Shown here: one piece after another, positions 27,201 to 39,006 of the stretch
Position numbering within the stretch: the first letter of the stretch is position 1
How the letters are laid out: each line of letters starts with the position of its first letter
From: Phallusia mammillata
Lineage: Eukaryota
Reading direction: 5' to 3'
DNA length: 64,000 bases
NCBI GenBank assembly: GCA_965637545.1
Contig: OZ281497.1
Span: 25,482,001-25,546,000, forward strand
Program-made: the position numbers and the translations under genes
The notes under the pieces: model-generated
Database searches by the model: none
The model's input: the letters and a program-made list of their open reading frames with translations, nothing else
What the model was told of the DNA's origin: nothing

Positions 27201-30200
27201 TTATTAGTAATGCAGGGGGAAAACTTAGAGATCATATCAATAACCTTTAGGTTCTTGGGACACACCTATCTTTCTTGATTACCATATTAGAACCACTGGT
27301 TTATACTGTGACATATGCAGCTTGAGACATGAAATAAGTTTCATAACACCCATGATGCACCAAATTACCATGATCGCATGTATTAGTCACCCAACATACA
27401 TGAATAATAGTGCAAGTGTAGACATACAATCTTAAGCCATGAGTAATACCATTTGATTTTGTACATGCAATTTAAAGTGCATACTAATTCAGTCTTTCGC
27501 CTTTATGACCTACAATTTAAAAAGTGACAATGATATTTAAAACATACTTAAATTGTACAAATCAAAGTACACCAGGTCTATTGAAGACATGTATCGAATC
27601 AGCTGGTCTTCCAAGCACACCCATATGGCAATGCACAGGCTAGAAAAATCTAGCCTGCGGTGGGATTCGACCCCCCGACAGGAGTCTTTCTGGGACTCGG
27701 AAATGTTCATCATAAATTGTACAAAAACATTTTTACATACCGCTTGTGACTTTTAGAGGATCGGTTCAGTCTTTTAAGTACAGGATGAGCTGCTACAAGG
27801 TGTGATGGTTCTCCCATCCCTGCAAGGGGAATTGGTAGTCTATCTTCCAAGTCAGATATACTGCTTACACCATCTGAGAGGTCATGATCATCACCCATCA
27901 TAGAATCACTCGATAAACCATCAGGGCTTGATATCACTTGCATCATGTCATAGTTATTGCCATCATGGTCACTTGAGGGGGAATCGAAAAACCTTGCCTA
28001 TGATTATAGAACCTTTTTAACAATACATTCGCACTCATTTGAAAGCTGATGGTGTTTTGTGTATGCAAATTGTTAATACATGATTGTTTTCAGATTACAA
28101 TAAAATAATAGCACTATAACCAAGTAATTCAAGTTAGCACATCACCATAAAAGATAAAAAAAACATGTTTTTGTAAAATGTCAAAAGGTTCACAAATCAG
28201 TTGACAAAAACATGCATCAATTTGTTTCTTCGTAATCAGGATATTAATCAGCCAATCTTGTACTGATCACAAGTTAAGAGCTAGAGATGTCACGAAAAAT
28301 GTAATGATAGTTGTTTTCCCCTGTTAAACACATTTTGTACCAATTTACTGTACATACAATGGACTTTCTTTGTGAGAATCGTTGATGTGCCTTGTTCACA
28401 CCACAAAAAGCAGAACCAGTTTTTTGTTATGTAACAAAGAGTGATTGCTATGATCAGAACTTTAAGCTAATTATGCTTGTCAAAATAAAGAACTAGAATA
28501 GTGGTTTTCCTATATATTGCCAGTTTATATATACTACATCATATTTAACGATGTATCACATATACCATTTACTATATTTATAATGGATATAATGTGGCAC
28601 CTACATTTCATTGGGTCCCTATCTTTTTCCTGACACTTTATAACATAATTGTTTCTGCAAGCATAATCTAATGGGTCCCCACACATATGCATATTTGGTA
28701 ACAGTAAAAATAGGCCACAATCATTGTTAGATATTTACCAATTTACTATACACATTATTTGATCTACACATATGATTGTTTTTGCAAGCAAAAACGAATG
28801 GGTCCCCGCACGCGTGTTTGTGCGGATTTATGGTAAACAAACATCCTGGTTATTTTTAGATTCTAAACGAAAAACTTAACCAACTTTAGCCTTAAACCCA
28901 ACTTTAAAAGTTTTGTCCGTATTCTTTTTGCATCATTATCGTCATATAATTACAAAAAACAGTAAATAAGAACAGGACAATACTTTAAATTTAATCTCAT
29001 GCTTTGACCTTGATATTGTCGTTCAAGGTCAGTTTTTAAACACAATTTTCCAAAACTGAAAATGTGCTTGATAACTTAATAAAACGACATAGCATAGCTG
29101 CGCAAAAGCAGCTGATTTCTAATCACCAACACGAATGTCTCGTAAAACGTCCCTCCGGACGTCAAGCTGAGCACTCCCACTGCATTCACCCGCCTTAATT
29201 GTAAACAAGTGAATTCTGAGCACTCCTGCTGCATTCGCCTGCCTAAATCGTAAACAAGTGAATTACTACCTTGAGAGTTGAGACTTCTATCTGACTGACA
29301 GTGTACACACATTACGGGCTGCAAAAGTAACTATTTGGCCGATTAAGGCAATTTTTTTAAATATTAAATGAATAACCTACTGCAAACAATTGTTTAACAT
29401 TTCAGCACATTAGGGCTTGTATTTCTGGCCTAAAACTTATTATTTGGGGGTTTAAGGGGTAAAAATGGGTGAATCCAATAAAAAGTTAAAAAAATTCTTT
29501 AGAATAGCTTACATTGCACTAACCAACAAAGCATGAAACCCTCAGATTATGTATATATATACTTGGGTCAGTACAGCCGTTTTTAATTTTTTTCGTTTTG
29601 GGGGCCGGTGGGTGAACCGCTGGGTCGTTTGGGGTCAAACTTCAGGAGGATCAAATTCGGACCAATAACTAACATCTGTGCAAATTTGAAGAAATTTAAA
29701 GCACTCTTTCTTGACCAATCGCATTTAACAATCCAGCGTTAGACACAAACAAATATTTTGGGGTTTAAGGGGTAAAAATGGGTAAATCTTTTTTTAAAGT
29801 ATAAAATTGTTTACATAAATATCATGTTGTTTGTAGACAATCCGTAAATCCTTGTAATAATTTGTTAATGTGATCAGGAATTATAGCTCTTGGGAATGGC
29901 CACTTAAAATCTAAACCTTGATTCAAAAAAGGTGGGGCACAACCTGCTTTACACAAAAATTACTGATACATACAATATGCCATATTTTTTAATTGTACCT
30001 CATTTTCTTGTCTTCCACGATTTCTTAGCCTATGAATTCCTCTAATGCAAATGCGACGTCCTTGATTTCTTACAATCGCTATTCCTGGGTATCTTGAGTG
30101 ACCCTGGTAGCAATAAATGAAATGTGTGAATCAAGTAAAAAAACAAAACAGCTTTTAAATAGATGGTTGCCAACAAATCATCTGTTTCTATGCATAATGA

Positions 30201-30871
30201 TCGTAAAATAGTAGCTTATTACTAGTTATGAGTAGAAACATCTATTTAATAAAGCATGTTGCAACTACAGACACATCAGGTTAAGTATCTTAAGGTCGTT
30301 ATTGTCCCTGCTATGCAAATAATCTGATGTGACTGTAGCATATTCCTTCATGTAAGAATTGCATAACAATGAGAATAAAAACAAAACTGCTTTCTAGTAA
30401 AACAACTTGAGTTTGTGTTTTTTAATTCATATGTATTTCGAAAAAGTACTGAATCTGTTATTTTTCTAGATTACGGATATAAACAAATATGGAAACTTCG
30501 CGAAAATGTACATTTCACTTAAAGTCAATTAAAACAGTAAGGTAAATTGTATGAATATATTAGACTGCATATTCCAAATGTAATTGTTAGATCAGATTGT
30601 GTTTATATGAAGCTTGATAAAGGTACATAATGCCTTGCTAACACATATATATATTGCATATTTAGAGAACTTTGTATTAGTAATATTTTCGTCTACATAC
30701 ATTTGCATGGCGTAATGGTTAAAAATTTATACATACAGCTTCCACCAATTCCATGGGTACATCATGGTTACGGACTCCGTTTTCTGCTGAAAACCTTTGT
30801 CGATTTTCTTGTCCTGGTACTTGTCGACTGGGGCCAGGAGAATCAGATGCGCCATTATTACGATGAGCCAT
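9283..30871 (-). CDS. Kelch-like (BTB-BACK-Kelch) protein, 16 exons, 764 aa; probable CUL3 substrate adaptor
   Basis: Exons 30871-30737, 30103-29999, 27997-27741, 26717-26582, 25628-25519, 24581-24464, 23075-22946, 21581-21409, 20676-20566, 18705-18594, 16406-16265, 15652-15474, 14224-14099, 12197-12077, 10602-10433 and 9452-9283 all have GT/AG ends and consistent phases (2295 nt). BTB: [40 protein letters not shown]...EEHVFNAAVRWLE. Kelch repeats: LVVVGG, VYITGG, VYVAGG, LYVIGG, RYDP. C-terminus MHGCVPI. Exons 1-2 are less certain because they show no domain homology. Confidence 0.9.
11308..11353 (-). ncRNA. Minimal type I hammerhead-like motif (Penelope/retrozyme-type remnant)
   Basis: TTATC-CTGATGA-C-GGCATC...GACGTC-GAAA-CG-TC-GA on the minus strand; relatives at 13367-13415 (-) and 31388-31416 (+). 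Confidence 0.5.
18973..19313. mobile_element. hAT-type MITE
   Basis: TIR TAGGGATGTGCC; perfect 8-bp TSD ATTTTTAT; internal CCGAG(C/T)A subterminal repeats. Truncated relatives at about 9570-9640 and 16431-16500. Confidence 0.9.
19866..20060. mobile_element. Tc1/mariner-type MITE
   Basis: About 55-bp imperfect TIRs (...TTACTCGCAACGTTTTTTTGTCACC...), flanked by TA on both sides. Confidence 0.75.
21888..22060 (+). repeat. Dispersed repeat of about 200 bp; other copies at about 56738-56850 (+) and 59960-60170 (-)
   Basis: Shared TCGCTTGGTGAAA...ACACAATTGCACTAAAACAA...GCTGCGCAA core. Confidence 0.75.
22072..22274. mobile_element. hAT-type MITE (same family as 26363-26513)
   Basis: TIR CAGTGTTTTTTTAAGGT / ACCTTAAAAAAACCCTG; TSD GGTACGTT / GGTACATG (6 of 8 match); short internal tandem duplication. 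Confidence 0.8.
24723..25143. mobile_element. hAT-type MITE
   Basis: TIR TAGTGATGGGAC; perfect 8-bp TSD ACCCCAAT; repeated GATACC subterminal motifs. Confidence 0.9.
26363..26513. mobile_element. hAT-type MITE
   Basis: Same family as 22072-22274; perfect 8-bp TSD GTTATGGT. Confidence 0.85.
27015..27056 (-). ncRNA. Minimal type I hammerhead-like motif, second family
   Basis: TCA-CTGATGA-T-GGAA...TGCC-GAAA-TG-TT-TA followed by AATAAA; relative at 17797-17834. Confidence 0.45.
29167..29264. repeat. 49-bp tandem duplication in a Kelch intron
   Basis: CTGAGCACTCC...TGCATTC.CC.GCCT.AAT.GTAAACAAGTGAATT occurs twice in tandem. Confidence 0.85.
29625..29725 (+). repeat. Dispersed repeat; second copy at about 11735-11835
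   Basis: GGGGT(C/T)AAACTT(C/T)AGGAGGATCAA...AAATTTGAA...TCTTTCTTGACCAA is shared by both copies. Confidence 0.7.
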
Positions 30872-32717
30872 TATTTAACACCTAAAACAATAATGTAGTT
30901 TGTGTAACAATCGTTTTCATAATCAAAACTTATTTTAGTTGCAAGTGCAACTTGAATCAAGTGTAGTGTTAAAAAATAGCCTTATTTGTAATATTGTAAC
31001 AGAAAGAATACCACTAACGTTCCTGTTTAAATAATTCTTCATATTTCTTAAACAAATTAGGATTTGTTCCTCGAAAAACTAAAACAAAAGATGTCAAAAA
31101 CTCAAATAACCTCAAATCTCAAATAAAAACGACTGTATTTTTAAAAAACAGAAAATCTGAAATTGATCCACTATTACTATTCCACTCCAAAGAAATAGAA
31201 AATTTAGATCATTGAAACAACCGTATCATTCCATGTTACTTTAAACGTAGTGTCACATCTGATAATAACTTAAGTCAACTCTTTGCAAATAATTAGTATG
31301 TTCTGGCTCTGCTACTTCCAATAAATCGTATCAAAGAATAGTAGGAAATCTATTATTAGTTATTACATTATTATATAAGCTATTGCCTGTATAGGACGTC
31401 GAAACGTCGGAATAAAATTAGATTTGCTAGAAGAGTTCTACAAATTTGATTACATTATTAATTTATTATTATGCTGCTTTCAATTTCATTTCATTCGAGC
31501 AAAGAATAAACGGATGAGAGAAGTGAAAGTGGATTAGCGAAAGGCTATGGTGAAAGCAAATTTGCAAACCTTTCAATATATCTACTAAAGTATTTTGCCT
31601 CTAGTCATTACTTACTTAACAGCTAAATTGAACGTGATTGTGAACTATTTTTGTGTGAACATGTGGTACATGCACCACTGCGCATTGTTGAACAAGCACT
31701 TCATTGTTACGTAAAGTCTGGGCATGCGCGAACTGTCGCATGGTTTCGTTCTGGATTTCCAAGTCTCAGTAAATTTGTGGTTTGGTTTCTTACATTATCT
31801 GTGGTGATGAGTCAGGTATATTCGAAAAAAGTAAAAGTCTGTCTCACGTGAGCAAAATTATTCTCTCTACCACATGCAAGTGCAAATTAAAGTGACGAAA
31901 AAGACAGTTCAAAGGATATTGAATTGAAGCTGATTTGCCGCAGTGCTTTGCTCTGGTAACTGCTGGTGAGTCTATATATCGTTTGTTTTGTTACGGATGT
32001 TAATATGAGCTTAAACAAGGGAAATTATTGAACTTTGTGTATTGTTAATAATTAACGGCTCATAACTGTTAGGTCTATTAATTTTTCTCAAATACTACAA
32101 ATCAAAATGGGTTAAAAAACCACATTTTTAATTTTAGTAAAATATGACATTTTACTTTGTATTCTGAACATTTTTGCCAATTATCTTTTGTTTTTTATTC
32201 TATACAATGTTTTATCATTATAATGTACCAGCTATAATTATAATATGATTAAACCAAAATCTATGTAAGAAACAAGACGTTCAACCTATTGTTACGCATC
32301 AAAGAGTCGTGGACACCATTTTATTTTCAAAATCACACTGCGGGTATAGAAACACCAGTTTACTTTACTTTGTTGCGTACCAAACACGTTAATACTGAAA
32401 TTACAGCTACTATTGAAGCTTGCAAGTGATCCTAGCCGTATTGTCAGGTCACAGAATAATAGCACTGGGCGCATTGATCTGTTAAGAATAATATAGCCAT
32501 AGAAACAGAATCGCTCAATCTGCACTGAAATGATTCGGCGGGCCACACTTCGTTTGAAATCCAAACATCTCCGCAGCCATAGGTACTCTTACATGCAGTG
32601 TGATAAGTGTTCGATTTGTAAGTTTTTAGTTGTAATACGTTTGATTTTTGCGAAGCTAATTAATAATTAAAAACGAATCAAAGACAATGCAAAAGGAAAG
32701 CAGAATACTTCGATGCA

Positions 32718-34109
32718 TTATTTGTTTGAATCAAGTAGCGGAGTTTGAATGTTAGTTTGATTTGTTTCCACCTCCAATCTTCGATTTTTCGGCGACACCG
32801 AACAGCATAAAACAAGGCCTAGCAGTACGCCTACACATTGGAACACAAGTACACCGAGGCTTCCCCATGCATTAAATATACTTCTTCCCAATACACCCAA
32901 CAGCAAAGCGATCCCCGTTCTACTACCAGTGATCCATATGCTGACCAGCGTTTCGTCGATCGGATATGTCGACTGTGTGGCCGTTTCCAACAGCACCACA
33001 GAAACCAATCCCACAAATATACCAAATGATCCATTGGATATACAAATACCAATTGTGCTTTTGGATATTACACTCACGGCAATGGCAACTGTGCTTAAGA
33101 AAACAGCTATTATTTCAGATATTGCAAGAACTTTGTATTTTTTGCATCGGTCAACAACTTTTCCGCCAAGAATTAAACCGATTATATTCCCCAAACTGAA
33201 CGTGATCATAACATATCCGCTTAGTCGATCAGAAGTGATGTCATCAGCAATATTAACATCAGCAATCATTTCAGACATCATCAGGTTCTCCAACAACACC
33301 ATTTGCAACACCAACCCGATCGCGATGCATGTTATAACATATGACCAGTTCGTGAAAAGAATCTTATGCTCTTTCACAAAAGCTTTTAGTGTTTTAGTTG
33401 ATTGCTGTCTTTCGTTTTTTATGTCTTGCGCAAGAGTTGGTGGTGTGGGAGGTTTATCAGTGATGAAGATTGCAAACAAAATGGTTGATACAGCAGATAT
33501 ACCCAGCAACGAACCGTACAAGTAGCGCAATTGACGTTGACCCGATACAAGTTCACTAGGTGAAAAATTCTTGCTATTTGTCCAGGTTTGATTGGTAGAA
33601 GGCACAAGGTACGCAGGTAAAACGTAACCTGTTCCATCGCCAATAGGTATTCCCAGAATATTAGGTGCGATTGCAGTCCCAACCTGACTTTCAGGAAACC
33701 ACAAAACTGCAAAAGCTGCAGGCACAGCTATACCGACAGTCTCAGCTAAACCACATAAGATTTGCCCCATTACTATTAAAGCAAACAAAGATCGGTCAAC
33801 TAAAGACAATGTTACTAACAGAAGGCCGATTGTGGAGCTACCTGCGACAGTCAATATCATGTTTCGTAATCCAACTTTGCCTTTGAAGATTAACCATGCA
33901 AGCGGAAGAGTGATAAACAAAGCGTTGATGTTTCTTGTGTTGGTTATCCAATCCACTTGTTCGTGCGAGGCGTTGAAGAACCGAACGTAAAAATTGCTGA
34001 TTTGAGCGTAACTGGAAAATGAGATTCCGGAAAAAAACTGAAAAATTGTCAGTCCAACGAGAAAAGCCCATCTTCGTTTATACCACTGAAAATTATCCTG
34101 AGATTGCAT
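32718..34109 (-). CDS. SLC49/FLVCR-like MFS transporter, copy 1 (intronless, 463 aa)
   Basis: Intact ATG-to-stop ORF with about 12 hydrophobic segments; family motifs YKRRW (before TM1), LWFP, PPTPP (central loop), GGKVVD and TYP-E. Confidence 0.9.
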   Translation of the reverse strand: MQSQDNFQWYKRRWAFLVGLTIFQFFSGISFSSYAQISNFYVRFFNASHEQVDWITNTRNINALFITLPLAWLIFKGKVGLRNMILTVAGSSTIGLLLVTLSLVDRSLFALIVMGQILCGLAETVGIAVPAAFAVLWFPESQVGTAIAPNILGIPIGDGTGYVLPAYLVPSTNQTWTNSKNFSPSELVSGQRQLRYLYGSLLGISAVSTILFAIFITDKPPTPPTLAQDIKNERQQSTKTLKAFVKEHKILFTNWSYVITCIAIGLVLQMVLLENLMMSEMIADVNIADDITSDRLSGYVMITFSLGNIIGLILGGKVVDRCKKYKVLAISEIIAVFLSTVAIAVSVISKSTIGICISNGSFGIFVGLVSVVLLETATQSTYPIDETLVSIWITGSRTGIALLLGVLGRSIFNAWGSLGVLVFQCVGVLLGLVLCCSVSPKNRRLEVETNQTNIQTPLLDSNK

Positions 34110-34643
34110 CTTAAAAGATTCGCCCTCTTTAAAAGTTTTCGATTGTATTTCACCGCGATTGCTAACTTTCTACTGAACACTGGATCACATACTTTCACAT
34201 ATTGCTAATGTTCATTTGTGAACATAACGAAACAGGCTGTCAGCTCAAAAACATATATTCCAGGCAATGCTCACAGCTATTGGACGAACACTCGCCCAAC
34301 TCCCTATGTGGGCGTTGTAACATGCCGCGTTTGTCAAATGATTTGACAGGAGCATTAAAATGCTGTTCGTGTTGTTGGTCTATTCAAGGATTCCTCTCAG
34401 CTGTCAATCATCCAAATCTGTTATTTTTCGGAGAAAGTTCTGGCGGTGCGTTTACGCACCATGTTACCACCATCCGTAAAATCAATGGATTTCTGGCATA
34501 TAACGTTTGTTCGATACAAGCGTAATACATATTTTCTATTTATAACAGTTAAATAATATATCTTCAGAATAACTCGAAATCCAGTTAAGAAAAAGGCAAG
34601 AACACAAGTCACACCGAAAACCTACAATCAAATAAAGTTCGAT

Positions 34644-36041
34644 TTAGGACTTGTTTGTGGTAATTAGTGGAGTTTTAATGTCATTTTGAGTTGTTTCAAC
34701 TTCCAATCTTCGGTTTCGGGGCGAAACTAAGCAACATAACACAAGCCCCAGGAGCGTGACAGCACACTGGAAGGAAACTACACCAAGGCTTCCCCAAAGC
34801 TGAAACATGGTTCTTCCTAATACACCCAAAAGCAAAGCAACCGATGCTTGAAGGGGGGACATCCAAATATTGACCACCGTTTCGTCGATCGGATATGTCA
34901 GCTGTGTGACCATTTCAAACAGAACTACACTAGCCAATCCAACAAATATGCCAAATAATCCGTTGGATATGTACGTTCCTGTTGTGCTTTTGAACATGAT
35001 ACTAAGAGCAATTGCAACTGTGCTTAGAAAAACAGCTGCTGTTTCGGATATTGCAAGGACTTTGTATGTTTTGCAACGATCAACAATTTTTCCGCCCAAA
35101 ATCACACCAAATAAATCCCCCAAACTAAACACACTCATGATGTAACCACTTAGTCGCTCAGGAGAGATGTCACTTGCAATATTCATGTCTACTATGATTT
35201 CAGACATTATCATATTTTCCACCAACACCATTTGTATTATCAACCCGATCGTGATGCAGACTATGATATACGAACAGTTCGTGAACAGTATTTTGGTTTG
35301 ATTAAAAAAATTCTTAAATGTTCTTGGTTCCTGTTGTTCATCAGTTTTTATGTCTTGTGCAAGTGTGGGTGGTGTGGGAGGTTTGTCAGTGATGAAGATT
35401 GTAAACAAGACGGTTGCTACTGCAGATATACCCAGAAATGAACCGTACAAATAGCGTAAGTTACGTTGTCCTGATGCAAGCTCATTTGATGTTAGAATTT
35501 TTTGATTGGCTGAAGGGACAAGTAACGCGGGCAAAAAGTAACCTGTTCCATCGCCAATAGATATTCCTATCAAGTTGATTGCGATTGCAGTGCCGACTTG
35601 ACTTTCTGGAAACCAGAGAACAGCAAAGCTGGACGTCACAGATAAACTGACAGTCTCAGCCAATCCACATAAGATTTGTCCCATTACTATTAAAGCAAAC
35701 AAAGATCGGCTAACCAAGGACAAAGTTACTAAAAGAAGGCCAAGTGTGGAACTACCTGCGATTATCAATATTAGGTTTCTTGATCCAATGTCTCCCTTAA
35801 AGATGAACCATGCAAGCGGGAAGGTGATAAATATGGCGCTGATATTTCTTGCGTTAGTGATCCAATCCACTTGTTCTGGGGTTGCGTTAAAGAACTGAAC
35901 GTAAAAGTTGTTGATTTGACCATAGCTTGCAAATGAGATTCCTGAAAAGAATTGAAAAATTGACAGTCCAACGAGGAAAGCCCATCTTCGTTTATACCAC
36001 TTGAATGACCCTTGCCGAATTTCCCGTGCGTCAGAATTCAT
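34644..36041 (-). CDS. SLC49/FLVCR-like MFS transporter, copy 2 (intronless)
   Basis: Same motifs. The ORF-track start at 36047 is GTG; the first ATG is at 36041. Confidence 0.9.
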   Translation of the reverse strand: MNSDAREIRQGSFKWYKRRWAFLVGLSIFQFFSGISFASYGQINNFYVQFFNATPEQVDWITNARNISAIFITFPLAWFIFKGDIGSRNLILIIAGSSTLGLLLVTLSLVSRSLFALIVMGQILCGLAETVSLSVTSSFAVLWFPESQVGTAIAINLIGISIGDGTGYFLPALLVPSANQKILTSNELASGQRNLRYLYGSFLGISAVATVLFTIFITDKPPTPPTLAQDIKTDEQQEPRTFKNFFNQTKILFTNCSYIIVCITIGLIIQMVLVENMIMSEIIVDMNIASDISPERLSGYIMSVFSLGDLFGVILGGKIVDRCKTYKVLAISETAAVFLSTVAIALSIMFKSTTGTYISNGLFGIFVGLASVVLFEMVTQLTYPIDETVVNIWMSPLQASVALLLGVLGRTMFQLWGSLGVVSFQCAVTLLGLVLCCLVSPRNRRLEVETTQNDIKTPLITTNKS

Positions 36042-36180
36042 GTTCACTTCTAATTATGACTAGATTCTGTCGTAGTAAGATTTTGTTTTTTGAATAAAAT
36101 TTTCAGCAGAGTATGGTATTAACCAATTATAATGTATTTTCTGCATTCGGTCTGTGTTATACAATGCTGGTTGCTTTGTG

Positions 36181-36900
36181 CTAAAAACTGTATGTTTTGA
36201 GTGGCGAAGTTACCTTTTCTGAAAAACTTAATCTATTGCCTGAAAATGTCCTAATTCTGTGAAATTTCAGAACTTTGCAATGGTGGCTCATCGCATAATC
36301 CAAAATCATTTGCTTCAATTTAGCTTTTGTTGACGCGAGACTGATATTAAAAAGATTTGAAGAAATATGGCTGCAAAGGTCGCGTTGCAACTCACTACCA
36401 AGATCACGTTGCTGTACTGGGATATCGAAAGGAAATGCCTCAAAACAGGCTGCTTTCCTCCATATAAAACTTTGCTATCATAGGCGCAATGCATGCAATG
36501 GGTGTTCTAATTGTCCTTCAGGCAAGGTTATGCGAAACTAAGGTGCCCCAGGCACAATGCACTGAAAAACTGCATGTTATACTCGTTGGCGGTAAAGAAG
36601 CGAATAACTAAAAAATTGCAAATTTTGATTCAGTATGAGCTCAACCTAACTGTTGCTGGCTCACAGAAAGACTTTATTTGCGGGTAGTATGCTGCACCCA
36701 CAAGCCAATAGGCGGGTTTTTTCACAGCGTCTGGTGTTCACGTGTACAAGCATTTTAACGCAACAAGTCTTTCAACGCATTCATGAATTAATTTGACAGA
36801 AACTTTCACGGAAGCTTTGTGGTTGCTAAGTGTACTCGACTAAACCATTGCATTCAACTCGTTTAATGCTTTTTGAAGGAAGTTTGGACTATGTCACATG
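36181..36900 (-). pseudogene. Remnant of the N-terminal half of X, upstream of MFS copy 2
   Basis: Shares AATCTATTGCCTGA (36230 vs 39925) and TTCAAAAAGCA with the copy-3 remnant; its flank shares GTGCTGGCACGAAC (36919 vs 40458). Translation MHCAYDSKVL vs LKCSYNTKAL. Confidence 0.4.
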
Positions 36901-37425
36901 GTTGTTCGACCTTGCTTCGTGCTGGCACGAACTACTAAGAAATCGTTAAACTCTCAATTTGTACATTCCAAACCACTGTTTCAAATGAGACAAAATCAAC
37001 TTTGAAAAAGTCGTGGACAAACTAGATACTGGCTCTATAGCAAATACTTTTAATTTTAAATTAAACTTGTGCACGCCTTGGTTGTGAATGCATGGTGGCC
37101 GGCTGATTCGGTATTGCGTCTTTAAAATGCATGGTGTACTATGAATTCTATGCGGGTGTGCCGTGATCGCTGGTCTACATAGACGCTTCAGGGCTGATCC
37201 CAGCTATTTATCTTTGTCTTAACTGAAACTTGATTACTTTCGACACGAAAGGACTAAAGTCAAATGCCTATAGTTGCGCATAAAGGTTTTGTTTATTCAC
37301 GTCTTATAGTATACAAGCGATGATCATGGAACTACATGAGGCAATGACTGTGGGTTTCTGTTTACTACAGCAAAACAAACAAATTAACAATTGATCTATA
37401 AAAAAGAAAATAAACGCCGGATATA

Positions 37426-38817
37426 TTATTTGTTTAAAGCCAGCAATGGAGTTTGGATGTTGATTTGATTTCTTCCCACTTCTAATCTTCGATTTTTGGA
37501 CGAAACCAGACAACAGAAAACAAGACCTACAAATATGCCTGCACACTGAAAAGATAGAACACCAAGGCTTCCCCAGATATTAAAAGCACTTCTTCCCAAT
37601 ACACCCAAAAGCAAAGCGAACCCCGTTTGAATTCCAATCATCCAAGCATTGACCAGCGTCTCGTCGATTGGATAAGTCAACTGTGTGGCCATTTCCAACA
37701 GGACTACAAAACTTGACCCGACAAATATGCCAAATAATCCATTGCATATGTACATGCCAATTGTGCTTTTCAACATTACACTTAGAATAATTCCAACTGT
37801 GCTAAGGAAAACGGCTGCTATCCCAGAAATTGCAAGAACTTTGTAATTTTTGAAATGATCAACAACTTTTCCGCCCAAAATTAATCCGATCAAATCACCT
37901 AAACTAAACATACTCATGATGCAACCACTTAGTCGCTCATAAGATATGTTACTTGCAATATTTATGTCTACTATGATTTCAGACATCATCATATTTTCCA
38001 CCAACACCATTTGTATTCCCAACCCGATCGTAATGCAGATTATTATATACGACCAGTTTGAAAAAAGCAGTTTGGCATGAATTATAAAACTCTTGAATGT
38101 TCTTGGTTCTTGTTGTTTATCAGTTTTTATGTCTTGTGCAAGAGTTGGGGGTGTGGGAGGTTTATCAGTGATGAAAATTGCAAACAAGATGGTAACGCAC
38201 GCAGATATGCCCAGAAACGAACCGTACATGTAGCGCAGTTGTCGTTTTCCGGATGTGAGTTCTTGTGATGTCAGCTTTCCCCCATATGTCCTGGTTTGGT
38301 TGAAAGGTTGAATTAGGAAGGGTGGTAAAACATAACCTGTTCCGTCGCCAATAGCTATTCCTAAGGAGTTGATTGCAATTGCAGTCCCGATCTGATTGTC
38401 TGGAAACCATAGAACAGCAAAGATTGATGTCATAGCTACACCGATAGTCTCAGCCAAGCCACATAAGATTTGCCCCATTACTATTAAACCAAACAAAGAG
38501 CGGTCAATCAGAGATAGAGTTACTAACAGAAGGCCGAGTGTGGAACTGCCCGCCATTATTAGTATCATGTTTCTTGGTCCAATTTTTCTTTTAAAAATCA
38601 GCCAAACAAGCGGAATAGTGATGAAAATGGCGTTAATGTTTCTTGCGTTGGTGATCCAATCCACTTGTGAGTGCGAAGCATTGAAGAACTGAACATAAAA
38701 GTTGCTGATTTGACCATAGCTTGTAAATGAGATTCCGGCGAAAAACTGAAAAATCGAGAGTCCAACGAGGAAAGCCCATCTTCGTTTGTACCACTTGAAA
38801 ACGTCTTGAGACTCCAT
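37426..38817 (-). CDS. SLC49/FLVCR-like MFS transporter, copy 3 (intronless, 463 aa)
   Basis: Same motifs. The ATG at 38817 (MESQDVFK) gives 1392 nt, the same length as copies 1 and 4. Nearly identical to copy 4. Confidence 0.9.
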   Translation of the reverse strand: MESQDVFKWYKRRWAFLVGLSIFQFFAGISFTSYGQISNFYVQFFNASHSQVDWITNARNINAIFITIPLVWLIFKRKIGPRNMILIMAGSSTLGLLLVTLSLIDRSLFGLIVMGQILCGLAETIGVAMTSIFAVLWFPDNQIGTAIAINSLGIAIGDGTGYVLPPFLIQPFNQTRTYGGKLTSQELTSGKRQLRYMYGSFLGISACVTILFAIFITDKPPTPPTLAQDIKTDKQQEPRTFKSFIIHAKLLFSNWSYIIICITIGLGIQMVLVENMMMSEIIVDINIASNISYERLSGCIMSMFSLGDLIGLILGGKVVDHFKNYKVLAISGIAAVFLSTVGIILSVMLKSTIGMYICNGLFGIFVGSSFVVLLEMATQLTYPIDETLVNAWMIGIQTGFALLLGVLGRSAFNIWGSLGVLSFQCAGIFVGLVFCCLVSSKNRRLEVGRNQINIQTPLLALNK

Positions 38818-39006
38818 TCTAGTATAGAACTTTCTTATCACCTTTTTAATACTATTTAAGTGCTTCTTTGCAAAATACTGTAGCAAGTTACTATTTCAGT
38901 GGTTTTGTTTTAATTAAAGTGATAACCAAGCCCTATGTAGACAGATATTCTTAATTTTCTTTCTGCAGTATTTGTTTGTACAGCAGTGGTGGACATTTTC
39001 AATAAA

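Noticed and set aside
27650-27685. tRNA T-arm/B-box-like GGGTCGAATCCC on the minus strand
   Set aside because: No A box or cloverleaf could be built; possibly a SINE fragment.
29076-29324. Possible extra Kelch exon
   Set aside because: It contains a 49-bp (non-triplet) tandem duplication, and exons 2 and 3 already join in phase without it.
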